Part shown: piece by piece, positions 1 through 10,296 of the stretch
Layout of the letters: each line of letters starts with the position of its first letter
Position numbering within the stretch: the first letter of the stretch is position 1
From: a virus
Virus record (IMG/VR): IMGVR_UViG_3300010412_000005
Span: 12,546-76,545 of that record
Direction: 5' to 3' (one strand)
DNA length: 64,000 nucleotides
Notes under the pieces: generated by a model
Databases searched by the model: none
Seen by the model: only the letters and a program-made list of their open reading frames with translations
What the model was told of the DNA's origin: nothing
Translations under genes and position numbers: made by a program

Positions 1-1
1 A

Positions 2-505
2 GACGGTCAGGATCGAATCAACGACGTCCAGATCGCAGCCGCGATGACCAATGTGCTGCAATTCGCCATGTCCAATCAGGTTGCCAGCTTGGCAATCGGC
101 GCTGATCAGTTCATCAAGGTTGTCAACGAGATCGCCCGTATTGCTGGCCTGCCTCGCGACTTCAAGCTCGTGGTCAAGAACCGCGAGAAGATCGCTGAGA
201 TCGAAGGTGGGCAGCCGAACCAGCAGGAGCAGATGCAGCAGATTCTCGCTCAGTTGTCTGAGCAGATCCTCAATAAGGCTGGAGAGCAGTCTATGCAGAT
301 TGCCCAGGAAACGGTTGGGCAGGCAATGCAGCCTGTGGCTGAAGCCGTCCAGGGCAACGCTCAGCAAATCGCTGCCACTCAGCAGGCTATCGAGCCGATG
401 TCTACCAGCATCGAAGAAATTGCCACTCGACTCAATGAGCTGATTCAGATAGCAGGTATGGCTGATGGACGTGAACCTAATAGAAATCAGCAGCCCACAG
501 CGTAA
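2..505 (+). CDS. probable portal protein, C-terminal part (5'-truncated)
   Basis: Frame open from position 2 (DGQDRINDVQIAAAM...); Q-rich helical tail; precedes small gene-scaffold-capsid as in podovirus head modules. Positional inference. Confidence 0.55.
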   Translation, partial: DGQDRINDVQIAAAMTNVLQFAMSNQVASLAIGADQFIKVVNEIARIAGLPRDFKLVVKNREKIAEIEGGQPNQQEQMQQILAQLSEQILNKAGEQSMQIAQETVGQAMQPVAEAVQGNAQQIAATQQAIEPMSTSIEEIATRLNELIQIAGMADGREPNRNQQPTA

Positions 506-749
506 CGAGGTTCGCAAGCTCTTCACAGACAGTAAGTTCGACCTGCTCCTGCGGTGCATCCAGGCAGAGTGTGATTGGCTCACTTGGAATGCCCAAGTAA
601 ACAAGGTCGAGTTCCTCTACAAAGAGGAATTTGACCGTGAAGCTATGGCAGGATTCAAAAAAGCATCTCGACTTGCTGTTGCACTTGAGGTTCTAAGAGA
701 GTATGCAGACGATAAGAAACAGCTCTGCACACTCTCTATTGAACCATGA
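465..749 (+). CDS. hypothetical head-module protein
   Basis: 94 aa between portal and scaffold; ATGA overlap with next gene. Confidence 0.65.
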   Translation: MDVNLIEISSPQRNEVRKLFTDSKFDLLLRCIQAECDWLTWNAQVNKVEFLYKEEFDREAMAGFKKASRLAVALEVLREYADDKKQLCTLSIEP

Positions 750-2500
750 GCGACAGACCAGCTAGTGAAGAAATCCGAGATACTCTCGGAGCACCCACAT
801 TATTGGAATCAGCGCGAGAAGCGCAAAGACGCGCCGGTTCGTCTTCGTCAGGTGACGGAGATGGATCAGGAGAAGGAGGAGGGGATAACAACCAGTGGAA
901 GGTTAAAAGCCTCAATCCTATGGCTATAGGAGAAGAGGAAGGCGGTAAGAAGAAAGAGAGGCAAATCACCCAGAAGAACGGGGTTGTTGAGGACGATGAT
1001 GGAGTTGAGGACGTTAGAGGAGCAGCTTCATTCCTTGGCAAAAAGCTTTTCGGAGAGCGCTTCTCTGGCCGAGTGAATGAGAAGGGTCAGCAGCAAGAAG
1101 GAGAGGGTGGGGATGGAGAAGATGGCAATGAGGGTAATCGCCAAAAGACTGATGATGGTGCAGCAGGCGACAAGGGCGGTAAGACAGGGAAAGAAAAGCA
1201 GGGTCAGGATGGGACGGATGATTCCTCTGGCAAGAAAGGGGTGCGCGTCACCAAAACGCTGAAGTCCAGTCCAAGGCTTACCAGTGAAGATATTGCCAGT
1301 GTTGTAAAGGCGACCATTGAAGCGACTCGTCCTGGGTCTGGGACTTCCACAGCTGCTTCTGGGGATGGAGAAGGTTCTGTGCATGGCTCTGAAGTTGATT
1401 CAGTTCTGAAGTCATTGTCTCCCAAAGACAAGAAGAACTTCGAGATCATCTCCAAGATGTCGGAACTGAACGAGTCCTACAAGGAGTTGCCTCAGCAGTT
1501 TATTGACTTCCAAAAGGCCAAGAAGCAATACGCCGACGACTACAAGAAGGAGCACGGAGAAACCGTCAACTGGGAGGACGAAGAGCATGCAAACTGGATC
1601 GAAGAAAACCAGCCTCAGTTTGATGAAGAAGACTTCGTCGACGCTCGCATTGAGCTTCGGGCCGATGCTGTGGCGAGTAAGAGGATGGAAAAGCTCCAAG
1701 AAAAACTTACCGAAACAGAAAGACGTGCTACTGAGGGAACCCTCAGAGAGCGAATGACTGAGACAGCCAAGGCTGAAATCAGTGCATTCACTGAGGCTTT
1801 TGTCCCTGAAGCAGAATGGGATCTGACGACAGCAGCAGGCAGGAAGGCTGCAGCCGAGGAAGACCCTGTGCTTGGTGGGATAGCTTCAAGGTGGGCCGAA
1901 GTCATGGAGCAGGCAGCTGAAAAGCTGATCAGGCTGTATGACGGTGGTGGTCTGTGGAAAGCCAGCATGAATGACCCAGTCGACCGATATCTGGCAACAT
2001 TGGCCCAGAATTGGGAGAAAGCCCTGGCTGATCAGGACCCAGAATCCACACTGAACAAGGACGGCAAGCAGTTCGCAACAAGGGCTGAATTCCGCAAGAT
2101 GACTCCAGAAGAGCAGGATAAACACTGGATCATCGGGCGTGAGGAAATGCTCTGGATTCTGCCTAGGGACATATCTGAGAAGGCAAACATTGAGAAAGAT
2201 GAGGAGCTTGTGAGGCTTGAGAAGATCGCCAAGGCACGTGGTTGGAGGTTCGACAAGGAGTCACTTTCGACACAGAAGAAACGCGTTCGTCAGAACCCTG
2301 ATGGAATCGACGAGGATGGGCAACGTGCGACAAGAAGCGCGTTTTCTGAGCGCCGTGGCGAAGAGGAGGTTTCATCCCCAAGCTCAACGAACGGATCAAA
2401 AGTCACTACCGTTCCGAATAATCGCGCTGCTTCCAACAAGACTTTTTCGACACTGCTGGTGCAAAAGTTGTTTGGGAGGCAAAGTGGTAGCAGCGAATAA
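746..2500 (+). CDS. probable capsid scaffolding protein
   Basis: 584 aa, G/E/K-rich disordered N-terminus, charged helical core, directly upstream of capsid gene. Confidence 0.6.
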   Translation: MSDRPASEEIRDTLGAPTLLESAREAQRRAGSSSSGDGDGSGEGGGDNNQWKVKSLNPMAIGEEEGGKKKERQITQKNGVVEDDDGVEDVRGAASFLGKKLFGERFSGRVNEKGQQQEGEGGDGEDGNEGNRQKTDDGAAGDKGGKTGKEKQGQDGTDDSSGKKGVRVTKTLKSSPRLTSEDIASVVKATIEATRPGSGTSTAASGDGEGSVHGSEVDSVLKSLSPKDKKNFEIISKMSELNESYKELPQQFIDFQKAKKQYADDYKKEHGETVNWEDEEHANWIEENQPQFDEEDFVDARIELRADAVASKRMEKLQEKLTETERRATEGTLRERMTETAKAEISAFTEAFVPEAEWDLTTAAGRKAAAEEDPVLGGIASRWAEVMEQAAEKLIRLYDGGGLWKASMNDPVDRYLATLAQNWEKALADQDPESTLNKDGKQFATRAEFRKMTPEEQDKHWIIGREEMLWILPRDISEKANIEKDEELVRLEKIAKARGWRFDKESLSTQKKRVRQNPDGIDEDGQRATRSAFSERRGEEEVSSPSSTNGSKVTTVPNNRAASNKTFSTLLVQKLFGRQSGSSE

Positions 2501-2538
2501 GACATCAGATCCAATGCCGGTTGTCGCGCTATTAACAC

Positions 2539-4239
2539 ATGCCTAGTAACATTGGTTCCAACATCTTCAGCACGGTCAATCGCTGCGCACCAGCGATAGG
2601 CACGAGCTACGACAGTTGCGGAACCGTGACCCGGTGTAATGTGATCGGGGCGACTCCGTCCGATCTCGAAAGCATTTTCACCGATGGCACGGACTTCCGA
2701 GACATGTCGTCGCTGTTGGCTGTGCAGTTCGAGATGAAGGCTTGCGGAACTCGCATCAATGGTCTGTTCGACTTCTTGATGGCCAGCTCTCGCAACTTCA
2801 GCGGCTTCATCAACAAGAAACGGATTCGCGGAAGCGAGTCGCTTGTTGAGCCGTTCATCCTTGGACAGCAGAAGTCCATCATCAACGACGAGTATTGGGC
2901 AGTCGTCTCTGGCTCTGGAGACGCGGCTTCCTATCAGGTGCACGTAGTCAACCGCTACGGCATCGAGCTGGATACCGCGTGGTTCGTGCCTGAAGGCAGA
3001 GTGTTCATCTTCTCTCGCACCGCTGGCGGATCTGCTACCCGCACCGCTTGGCGTATCGTCTCTTCGGAGGATTCCACCTACGCCGGTCAGGCTACGATTC
3101 TTCTCACGCTCACGTCTGAGAACGCTGGTTCCTACATGAGCGCTGCGAAGCTGACGTTCCCAACGACTGGCTTCCTGGTGCTCGGCACCAACAACGTCTC
3201 CGACTGGGAGCGCTACTGCCATAACCGGCCTGCGCTCAACCCGAACCGCTATGTGCCGTTCTGGTTCCAGACCAGCCGATGGACGATGTGCACGGACTCG
3301 CTCTACGAGGAGTGGTTCAACAAGCTCCTGACGACCAACGAATACTTCCGTCAGTTCGGTGATGTGAACATCGCTGAGCGTAACCGGCAGTATGCCATGC
3401 TGTTCCAGCGCGAGTGGCTGAACAGCTTCTTCTGGAACAAGCCGATCTCGGCCAACCAGACGTTGTCTCTCTGGAAGAACCTGGAGAAGATCTACACCTA
3501 CGGTGGTTCTCCGCTGTATCTTCCGAACGAAACCCGCTGCGTTGGCTTCCGCGCCAATGCCGTTGGTGTTTACGAGCAACTCTACCAGTGCGGTCAGGTG
3601 CTCGATCTGCAGAATCAGCAGCTCAACATCATTGAGTTGCTCGACAAGATCTACGCGATCCACCGATCTCGCAGCTCTCAGGGTAAGGTTGCCGATTCTA
3701 TCGACATCTACACGGACTCGTTCACGGCCCATCTGTTCCACCGTGCGATGATCCGCTACTACAACGCCCAGTATGAGGGTCTCGCTCGGTTCAATATCGA
3801 GGTTCAGGACGGCGAGCATGGTGTGCTCGGGTTCCGCTGGAGCAGCTACTACCTGCTGTTCCCCAAGGGTGTGACGATCAACATCATCACGCACTTCTTC
3901 TTCGACGACATTGGCGATGCCGGTGAAGCCGAAGACATGACCAGCACCGCTCGGTTCCTGTGGATTCTGGACCTTGGTGGTGGAATCTATCCTGGCATCA
4001 TCGCCTCCAACCGAAAGGTCTTCACGACCGGCAGACTGGAGGATCTGGCCAAGGTGGACAGCGCGTATGCGTGCGTCATGGAGAATCCTACCCAGGAAGT
4101 CTCCCTGAACTCTGTCACCTGGACTGGCGTTGTCGAGTGTCCGCCAGACAACCTGATCATTGAGAACTTCCGAGATGTGATCCCCGATCACGACGAGAAG
4201 TCTGGTGATTATGGCGATGTCTACACCTACATCGACTAA
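2539..4239 (+). CDS. probable major capsid protein
   Basis: 566 aa, strong C-ending codon bias, follows scaffold, followed by an intrinsic terminator. Confidence 0.7.
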   Translation: MPSNIGSNIFSTVNRCAPAIGTSYDSCGTVTRCNVIGATPSDLESIFTDGTDFRDMSSLLAVQFEMKACGTRINGLFDFLMASSRNFSGFINKKRIRGSESLVEPFILGQQKSIINDEYWAVVSGSGDAASYQVHVVNRYGIELDTAWFVPEGRVFIFSRTAGGSATRTAWRIVSSEDSTYAGQATILLTLTSENAGSYMSAAKLTFPTTGFLVLGTNNVSDWERYCHNRPALNPNRYVPFWFQTSRWTMCTDSLYEEWFNKLLTTNEYFRQFGDVNIAERNRQYAMLFQREWLNSFFWNKPISANQTLSLWKNLEKIYTYGGSPLYLPNETRCVGFRANAVGVYEQLYQCGQVLDLQNQQLNIIELLDKIYAIHRSRSSQGKVADSIDIYTDSFTAHLFHRAMIRYYNAQYEGLARFNIEVQDGEHGVLGFRWSSYYLLFPKGVTINIITHFFFDDIGDAGEAEDMTSTARFLWILDLGGGIYPGIIASNRKVFTTGRLEDLAKVDSAYACVMENPTQEVSLNSVTWTGVVECPPDNLIIENFRDVIPDHDEKSGDYGDVYTYID

Positions 4240-4263
4240 GCCTTACAGGCAGTAGCCTGCACG

Positions 4264-4297
4264 AAAGGGGCGGGGCTTGATCGCCCTGCCCCTTTTT
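4264..4297 (+). terminator. Rho-independent terminator after capsid gene
   Basis: aaaGGGGCGGGGC-ttgatc-GCCCTGCCCC-ttttt hairpin plus T-tract. Confidence 0.85.
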
Positions 4298-4314
4298 CGT
4301 ATAGAAGGTCCGTT

Positions 4315-4755
4315 ATGCCAAAGTTCTTCAAAAAAGAAATCCCCTCACGTCCACTGTATTTGCCCATCGGCAGGCCGATTACCTTCGAGCACTACGATGA
4401 CGACTACGGATACCTCAAAACTGATGATGGCTACATCATCGACCAACTATTTCAATGCATAGCTTCCTCTCAGGGTGGCGTATCAGAGGTAACCGAAGCG
4501 GAATACATGGACTGGCTAAAAAAAAAGAGCAGCATGACATTGCCGCAGCTGCGGCAGAGAGAGTCAATCGGCCCAGGAGGACGAAGAAGAGCCGGGTTCG
4601 GTCAGGTTGCAGCGCCTGTGGTCACTGACGAGCGCACCATTATTGGAACGGCTAACGATGCACCTATTACGAACGTCGCAACGCCTCAGCGAAGTGAGGG
4701 GTTGAAGGTTGAGCGCACGTTCGTGAAACCGCGAATAGGCAAACTCAATGATTGA
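4315..4755 (+). CDS. hypothetical virion-module protein
   Basis: 146 aa, overlaps start of next gene. Confidence 0.65.
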   Translation: MPKFFKKEIPSRPLYLPIGRPITFEHYDDDYGYLKTDDGYIIDQLFQCIASSQGGVSEVTEAEYMDWLKKKSSMTLPQLRQRESIGPGGRRRAGFGQVAAPVVTDERTIIGTANDAPITNVATPQRSEGLKVERTFVKPRIGKLND

Positions 4756-5629
4756 GCCAGAGTCAGCAATCACTTACACGACGTTCACCGACTTTTGCTC
4801 GCGGGTTCGGAAAATTGGTTTTCCTGACGGAGTGGGCGAAACATTGGTAACTGCGCACACGAACTGGGTCAAAAACGCATTGATCAAGGCGCAGCGATAC
4901 ATCGCGTGCATGCGCAAGATCCAGGTTAGCTTTTACTACAAGGATCAGGTCAATGATCACTGTGGTGTGAGCACATTCCAGGGACCGCGTGGGAAGATCA
5001 ATGCAGTCTATGCGTTCAAGCCTAACGACCCAACAGCATCAGTTGGCAGCGAAGATGAGGATGCGCTCTGCAGGAAGTATTTCTACAAAGCCGTAACGCC
5101 TCAGCACATCACTAATTGGTCTCGCATAAATGACTGTAGATGGCGAGATCCTTCGACTGTGGATTGGCAGACTGGTGCTGAAGTCTGCTATCCATACTAC
5201 GACTCTGACACTGAGGAAGATGACTGCAAGTGGAAGTATGAAGAGAAGTTCTTCGCTCGCGGTCAGACAGGCCAGATCTACATGGCTCCTCGATTCCCAT
5301 GCGGATACATAGTTGCCGTCCACTGGGAGGGAATCAGAAGGAAGTGGGAATCTTCAGATGCTGTCCCTGATGACGAAGACCTGATTGACTGGGCTGCTTC
5401 GTATATGCAAGTCGAGCACATGCTCAGGAACGACCATGACGCTGGAGGCTTGCTTGCTGCTATGCAGATGTCTGAGCGGACAAAGTTCGCAGACCTGATG
5501 TATTGGTGTAATGAGGAGCGAATGATGGCTGCCAAGATGGATGCAACGTCTGGCATCGACACCGGCAACCTGCAGGAGATGTTCCAGTCGATTTACCCGC
5601 TGCCGACTACTGACGCAGCTAACCCATAA
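4748..5629 (+). CDS. probable head-tail adaptor (tail tubular A-like)
   Basis: 293 aa; size and position between capsid and nozzle-like gene. Confidence 0.45.
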   Translation: MIEPESAITYTTFTDFCSRVRKIGFPDGVGETLVTAHTNWVKNALIKAQRYIACMRKIQVSFYYKDQVNDHCGVSTFQGPRGKINAVYAFKPNDPTASVGSEDEDALCRKYFYKAVTPQHITNWSRINDCRWRDPSTVDWQTGAEVCYPYYDSDTEEDDCKWKYEEKFFARGQTGQIYMAPRFPCGYIVAVHWEGIRRKWESSDAVPDDEDLIDWAASYMQVEHMLRNDHDAGGLLAAMQMSERTKFADLMYWCNEERMMAAKMDATSGIDTGNLQEMFQSIYPLPTTDAANP

Positions 5630-5635
5630 CGAATC

Positions 5636-6358
5636 ATGCCCTCACCAGTAAGACCCAACGACCTTTGCTCACTGATTCCTGGAGCGTCTGATCCAGCGTG
5701 TCAGTCTGTGAAGTCAGTGTTTCGCGAGATTCCAAATCTAATCTGCGACTTCCTGTCGTGGATGCTTGATGCAAATGGAAATCTGAGCGACGACTTTATC
5801 GCCGACATTGGCGCAACTCTGTCTCCTCCAGGTGCGATCATTGACTATGGCGGCATAGCTATTCCTGATGGTTGGCTGCTCTGTAATGGTCAGGCTGTCA
5901 GCAGGACAACCTACGCATCCCTGTTTGCTACGATTGGGACCATATGGGGCTCAGGAGATGGAACAACTACCTTCAATGTTCCTAACCTTCAGAAGCGTTT
6001 CACCATTGGATTGTTCACTGGTGTGAACATTGGTGACTTTGGTGGGAGTGCTGATGCTGTGGTGTTAAATCATAGTCATGGTTATGGTCGCTTTCAGCTT
6101 GGAAACGACAACGTGTGGCTTACTATGGAAAGCTACATAATGCCTGAGACCATGAAGGCTGGGTTTGTTCGTGGTGATGGTTCAAGCTGGGGAGGAACAA
6201 CCACACTAACTGAGGGAACAGAGTTTGCTGATGATAACTCGTCTGGACCAAACCGACCTGGATTGAAGACCACTATCCCAATCCCTGAAGACAACGCGTC
6301 TGGGACTGACCTGAATCTGCCGCCTTACGCTGTAGTCTACAAGATCATCAAGACATAA
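5636..6358 (+). CDS. phage tail collar domain protein
   Basis: PPGAIIDYGG...PDGWLLCNGQAVSRTTYASLFATIGTIWGSGDGTTTFNVPNL and terminal NLPPYAVVYKIIKT are classic tail-collar motifs. Confidence 0.9.
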   Translation: MPSPVRPNDLCSLIPGASDPACQSVKSVFREIPNLICDFLSWMLDANGNLSDDFIADIGATLSPPGAIIDYGGIAIPDGWLLCNGQAVSRTTYASLFATIGTIWGSGDGTTTFNVPNLQKRFTIGLFTGVNIGDFGGSADAVVLNHSHGYGRFQLGNDNVWLTMESYIMPETMKAGFVRGDGSSWGGTTTLTEGTEFADDNSSGPNRPGLKTTIPIPEDNASGTDLNLPPYAVVYKIIKT

Positions 6359-8733
6359 TGTCATTCAGACCTGTCACGATCAGGAACCTTGGCGGGTTCT
6401 TTGATACTCGGGCGATGCCTGATGAAGTTGGCATCTCCAACTACACTCTTTTACTCAACAGCAGCATGCGGAGCAGAGGAAAGCGGTGCAGGCGTGGCGG
6501 GTGGAAGCGGTTGTTCGATGGAGTAAATGACAACTACAACAACGAGGATCTTCACGATCAGCTTCTTGGGCTTCAGTTCTACTACACAAATCTGAGCGCA
6601 GTTATCACGACTCAAGAGACTGTTGGTTATCAGTATCCATATTGGATTCCTGGTGTTACAAACCCAACATCATTTGACGACACGTTCTACGGAACGCAGC
6701 CTCAGTATTGGCCAGACCTAATTAACAACGGATACACATTTTTCGATTCTGAGGCAGAAGGATGGGCGTTTGACAATGAGTTTGTAGGATACCCATACAC
6801 GCCTTGCGTTGATGGAGTAACTCCGTATTACCCTGGAACGACCTGCCAAAACAGCTACGCAGACATCTACTGGAGAGAGCTGATTGGTGGAGAATCGTAT
6901 CCTGGTTACTCATACGGAACACCAGTTCCTGTAGTAACACCAGCCAGGACGTATCTATACAGCTACTGTGATACCTATCCCTATGTTAGAGATGGGTGCA
7001 ATGAAGCTGTGACAATGCTCAACAGCATTGGTCAGTTCGACGGAAATCGGGTTTTGGTAGCCGCAACAAAGAGTCGTATCTATGCGCTGAACTTCGCGAC
7101 TGGAAACTGGAAGATCGTTGCTGACGGACTTGGAACTGACGAGGGATCTCAACCGTGCGACACATGCTCGCCTGAAAGATGGATGAGCGCTGTGGTTCAA
7201 AACGTCATGGTGCTGACAAACGGAGTTAATACTCCGATGACTTTCAACCCAATAGACAGCCCTACGACTTGCGCATTGTGGAGAGCTGAAGTCATTGCAG
7301 ACATGGACACTCTGAACATCTCGTCTGCTGGCTGTGTTGGGAGCTGGAAAGGGTTTTCCTTCATTGGAGACGTCGTCCAAGACGGCGTGCGCTACAGGAA
7401 TCGCATACTGTGGAGTGACTACAATGACCCATACACTTGGGTTCCTGCAGACGACAACATCGCAGGGTTTCAGGATCTTGGTAATGACGAGATCATTCTC
7501 CAGATCCAACCGCTCAACGACTTCTGCTTCATCTACACAGATCGTTCTATCTATCGGCTCGCATTGATCGCTACCGATCCTGCGGCTCCCACGTTCGCGT
7601 TCGAGGAGATCTATCGCGGAGACGAATCGCTGAAATACAAGTATGCATTCGTCAATACTGGCGCGGCTCACATCTTCTGGTCAGAGAACCGAGTCCTGCA
7701 AATGACCAGCTTCGACAAGCGCCCTGTTGAACCAGACTGGTTTAGGGCTGTGTCAAATACTGTGTTCGATGGAATGAGCACTGAGGAGATCGCGTTCGAT
7801 GGTCTGAACGAAGAGCAGTGCGATCATTTCATCGGAGGATACAACCCTGAGTTCAAGGAAGTCTGGTTCTCTTGGCCGACTGGTAGCAACACCTGCCCAA
7901 ATATGTCGCTGGTGTTCAATCTAACGCGCGCTGAGGAAGGTGCAGACTTGGTCGACCAAGGATTCACAGCATTCCACTGGTATGACGGGCGCAAGCAGCT
8001 GTCTGTCTTTGAGTGGTGGGAGGACATGCAGGTATGCACACGCACTCAGTCTCTTGATGAGATGGTTAAGGAAGGTCTGCCATACCAAACAACCAGTGAT
8101 CCCTTCGACAACCCGGTCGCTTCAACATGGAATGCAGCTGATGATTGGGATGCTGAATCAGATACTGACTCACTGTGCAGGCGCATGGAAGAGTTCTGGA
8201 TCAATGTGATCTGCAGTGACTGCAACACTGAGAGTCGTTTCGTGATGGCTCACGCCGACGACAAAGCGCTGAAAGAATACGCAGACAAGACATACTATCG
8301 ACAGGAACTCGATGGCTCCCTCTACGTTCTCAACGGATACGACACTGTCATACGTTCTGGACAGTGGGACTTCAAAGACTCGAAAGAAAAACGGATACGT
8401 GAGCTTTGGGTTCAGTTCTTGGCTGAAGAGCAGACTGTGCCAAATCTCCTGTATGGATACATCGGAATCGCACCGTCACCTAATTGCATCACGTGGAAGC
8501 AGATCAGGTCTTATGACGACTGCGAGACAGTCACTGAAGGCATTCCGTTGGCGTGTCCCACTTCGAAAACAGCCGAAGAGCACGAAGAGGATTACACTTT
8601 TGCGAACAACCCAACGCACTTCCAGACTCTACTGCGCAGTCGCTACCTTGCATGGAAGCTGAAGGTGACTGGAACTGGTGGAGGCGTATGCTTCTCCCAG
8701 GTGACTCTGGACGTTGAACAAACTCAGAAGTAA
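6358..8733 (+). CDS. probable tail nozzle / stabilisation protein (tail tubular B-like)
   Basis: 791 aa beta-rich; RILWSDYNDPYTW and YNPEFKEVWFSWP segments resemble podovirus nozzle beta-propellers; position. Confidence 0.6.
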   Translation: MSFRPVTIRNLGGFFDTRAMPDEVGISNYTLLLNSSMRSRGKRCRRGGWKRLFDGVNDNYNNEDLHDQLLGLQFYYTNLSAVITTQETVGYQYPYWIPGVTNPTSFDDTFYGTQPQYWPDLINNGYTFFDSEAEGWAFDNEFVGYPYTPCVDGVTPYYPGTTCQNSYADIYWRELIGGESYPGYSYGTPVPVVTPARTYLYSYCDTYPYVRDGCNEAVTMLNSIGQFDGNRVLVAATKSRIYALNFATGNWKIVADGLGTDEGSQPCDTCSPERWMSAVVQNVMVLTNGVNTPMTFNPIDSPTTCALWRAEVIADMDTLNISSAGCVGSWKGFSFIGDVVQDGVRYRNRILWSDYNDPYTWVPADDNIAGFQDLGNDEIILQIQPLNDFCFIYTDRSIYRLALIATDPAAPTFAFEEIYRGDESLKYKYAFVNTGAAHIFWSENRVLQMTSFDKRPVEPDWFRAVSNTVFDGMSTEEIAFDGLNEEQCDHFIGGYNPEFKEVWFSWPTGSNTCPNMSLVFNLTRAEEGADLVDQGFTAFHWYDGRKQLSVFEWWEDMQVCTRTQSLDEMVKEGLPYQTTSDPFDNPVASTWNAADDWDAESDTDSLCRRMEEFWINVICSDCNTESRFVMAHADDKALKEYADKTYYRQELDGSLYVLNGYDTVIRSGQWDFKDSKEKRIRELWVQFLAEEQTVPNLLYGYIGIAPSPNCITWKQIRSYDDCETVTEGIPLACPTSKTAEEHEEDYTFANNPTHFQTLLRSRYLAWKLKVTGTGGGVCFSQVTLDVEQTQK

Positions 8734-8945
8734 TGCCGATCAATGTTCAAGTAACTAGGCTTGGTCGCGTCAGACAGCGCGTGCGCACTGATCTCTGGCC
8801 TGATCCTCCTATGTTGCCTGACTCGATCTGCGAGCGGTTCCCTGAACTGCGAAAGTTCAACGAGGATATGAAGCTCTGGTCAGAACGCGTGAAGAACGCT
8901 TGGGAGTTTGAACCAGAAACAACAACAGAAGTTTGTCCAGACTAG
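8733..8945 (+). CDS. hypothetical protein
   Basis: 70 aa, TAATG coupling to nozzle gene. Confidence 0.6.
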   Translation: MPINVQVTRLGRVRQRVRTDLWPDPPMLPDSICERFPELRKFNEDMKLWSERVKNAWEFEPETTTEVCPD

Positions 8946-9052
8946 ACAAGTTTCACTATTGAATCATTCGACGCTCCAGATCTTGTTGGCTTGCAGGTAG
9001 TTCTTGCAAGTAGGGCATGTGAAGGAGCATCGTGCAACTAACTGTAGAAGCC

Positions 9053-9250
9053 ATGATGAAATATACCTCCAAAGGAATTGGGATGGGAACCGGCACGAAT
9101 CCATCAAAGACTCGCGACTTCAGTCCTAAGTTCGGTGGATCTGAACAGGGCACGAGCCGCAAGGCCAAAGGCAACGACGCCAAGTATGCCATCCCTGGAC
9201 GCCCTTGGTCTCGCAGTGGTCAGGAAACTGACATGCGGGGCTTTAGGTAA
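9053..9250 (+). CDS. small basic hypothetical protein
   Basis: ATG at 9053 (MMKYTSKGIG...), G/K/R-rich. Confidence 0.5.
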   Translation: MMKYTSKGIGMGTGTNPSKTRDFSPKFGGSEQGTSRKAKGNDAKYAIPGRPWSRSGQETDMRGFR

Positions 9251-9276
9251 ACCACAACCTCAACCCAGGAGTCCCC

Positions 9277-9321
9277 ATGCCAAAGAAAGGCTGCAAAAAA
9301 GGCGGCAAGAAGATGAAGTAG
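9277..9321 (+). CDS. 14-aa Lys/Gly-rich peptide MPKKGCKKGGKKMK
   Basis: AGGAG at 9267-9271 then ATG; stop overlaps the AGGAGG upstream of the next gene. Below ORF-track cutoff. Confidence 0.45.
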   Translation: MPKKGCKKGGKKMK

Positions 9322-9333
9322 GAGGATGAGACT

Positions 9334-10296
9334 ATGAGCTTTGGAATGCTCAACGCTGCTTTTGGTTCTGACAAACCGAACCTTGGAATGGTTACGGTTG
9401 TCAAGAACAAGGAGATCCAAAAGCTTATCGACGAGGGAACCAGTCAGGCTGGGGCTACCCAAAAGGCAACAGCTGCAGGCGTAGAAGACTGGCGATCTCA
9501 GTGGCAGTCTCAATACCTGCCCACGATTCAGCGTCAAATGGGACAGGAGTCTGCTCTTCTTGATACCCTATACGGAGGCGGATTTGAGCAGAAGCTCGCT
9601 CAGCTACGGCAGGGTGAAGCGACTGCTCAAAACCGCGCTCTTGAGCAAACTCTTGGCAGGCTAAGGTCTGGGCAGGATTTGCAGCGTGCTCGCCTTGGTA
9701 TCGGCGGAAGGAACACCCAGCAGGACATCATGGAAGCTCGCCTGATGAACGATCAGGCTACCAGAGTTGCGTTGCAGCAGGCGGCACAGGAGCGAGCTGA
9801 CTTTGGCAATTTGTGGCAGCAGCAGTTGGCTGGCATGGGACAACGTCAGGCAATGCAGGAGAAGCTTTCGACGATGCCTTTGCGCGAGGGGCAGATCATG
9901 GCCCAGGCGTATGCTACTCCTTTGCAGCTTGCTGAGCAGGTTCGGCAGATGGATGAAGCCAATAAGTTCCGCAGCCTCTATCGTAAGCGTGATGCGCTTG
10001 AGCGCCTGTCCGACATGGAACAGGTTGGAATGCAGCAACTCGGTCAGCTTACTGAGATGGCTGGCAACGTAGCATCAGTGGCTGGTGCATTCTGCTGGGT
10101 TGCTCGTGAGGTTTACGGTGACGAACGGTGGTTGCTGTTCCGTCATTGGATGCTCACCCAGGCTTGCGACGGGTTCTTCTATTGGTATGCAATGCTCGGT
10201 GAGAAGATCGCCAGAGTCATTCATGGCGATGAGTATTTGAAGAGCTACATCCGTAACTGGATGAACACGAAGATCCGCAATGGCAATCGCAGGTAA
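9334..10296 (+). CDS. probable ejection/internal virion protein with C-terminal CFI-box-CTERM-like domain
   Basis: Q/A/G-rich helical body; C-terminus FCWVAREVYG...FRHW...YWYAMLGEKIA. Confidence 0.55.
   Translation: MSFGMLNAAFGSDKPNLGMVTVVKNKEIQKLIDEGTSQAGATQKATAAGVEDWRSQWQSQYLPTIQRQMGQESALLDTLYGGGFEQKLAQLRQGEATAQNRALEQTLGRLRSGQDLQRARLGIGGRNTQQDIMEARLMNDQATRVALQQAAQERADFGNLWQQQLAGMGQRQAMQEKLSTMPLREGQIMAQAYATPLQLAEQVRQMDEANKFRSLYRKRDALERLSDMEQVGMQQLGQLTEMAGNVASVAGAFCWVAREVYGDERWLLFRHWMLTQACDGFFYWYAMLGEKIARVIHGDEYLKSYIRNWMNTKIRNGNRR

Noticed and set aside
2290-4191. 633-aa minus-strand ORF
   Set aside because: Antisense shadow of the codon-biased capsid gene; no motifs.
4518-4527. A9G slippery tract
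   Set aside because: Explained by Leu-Lys-Lys-Lys codons; the ORF continues and couples normally to the next gene.
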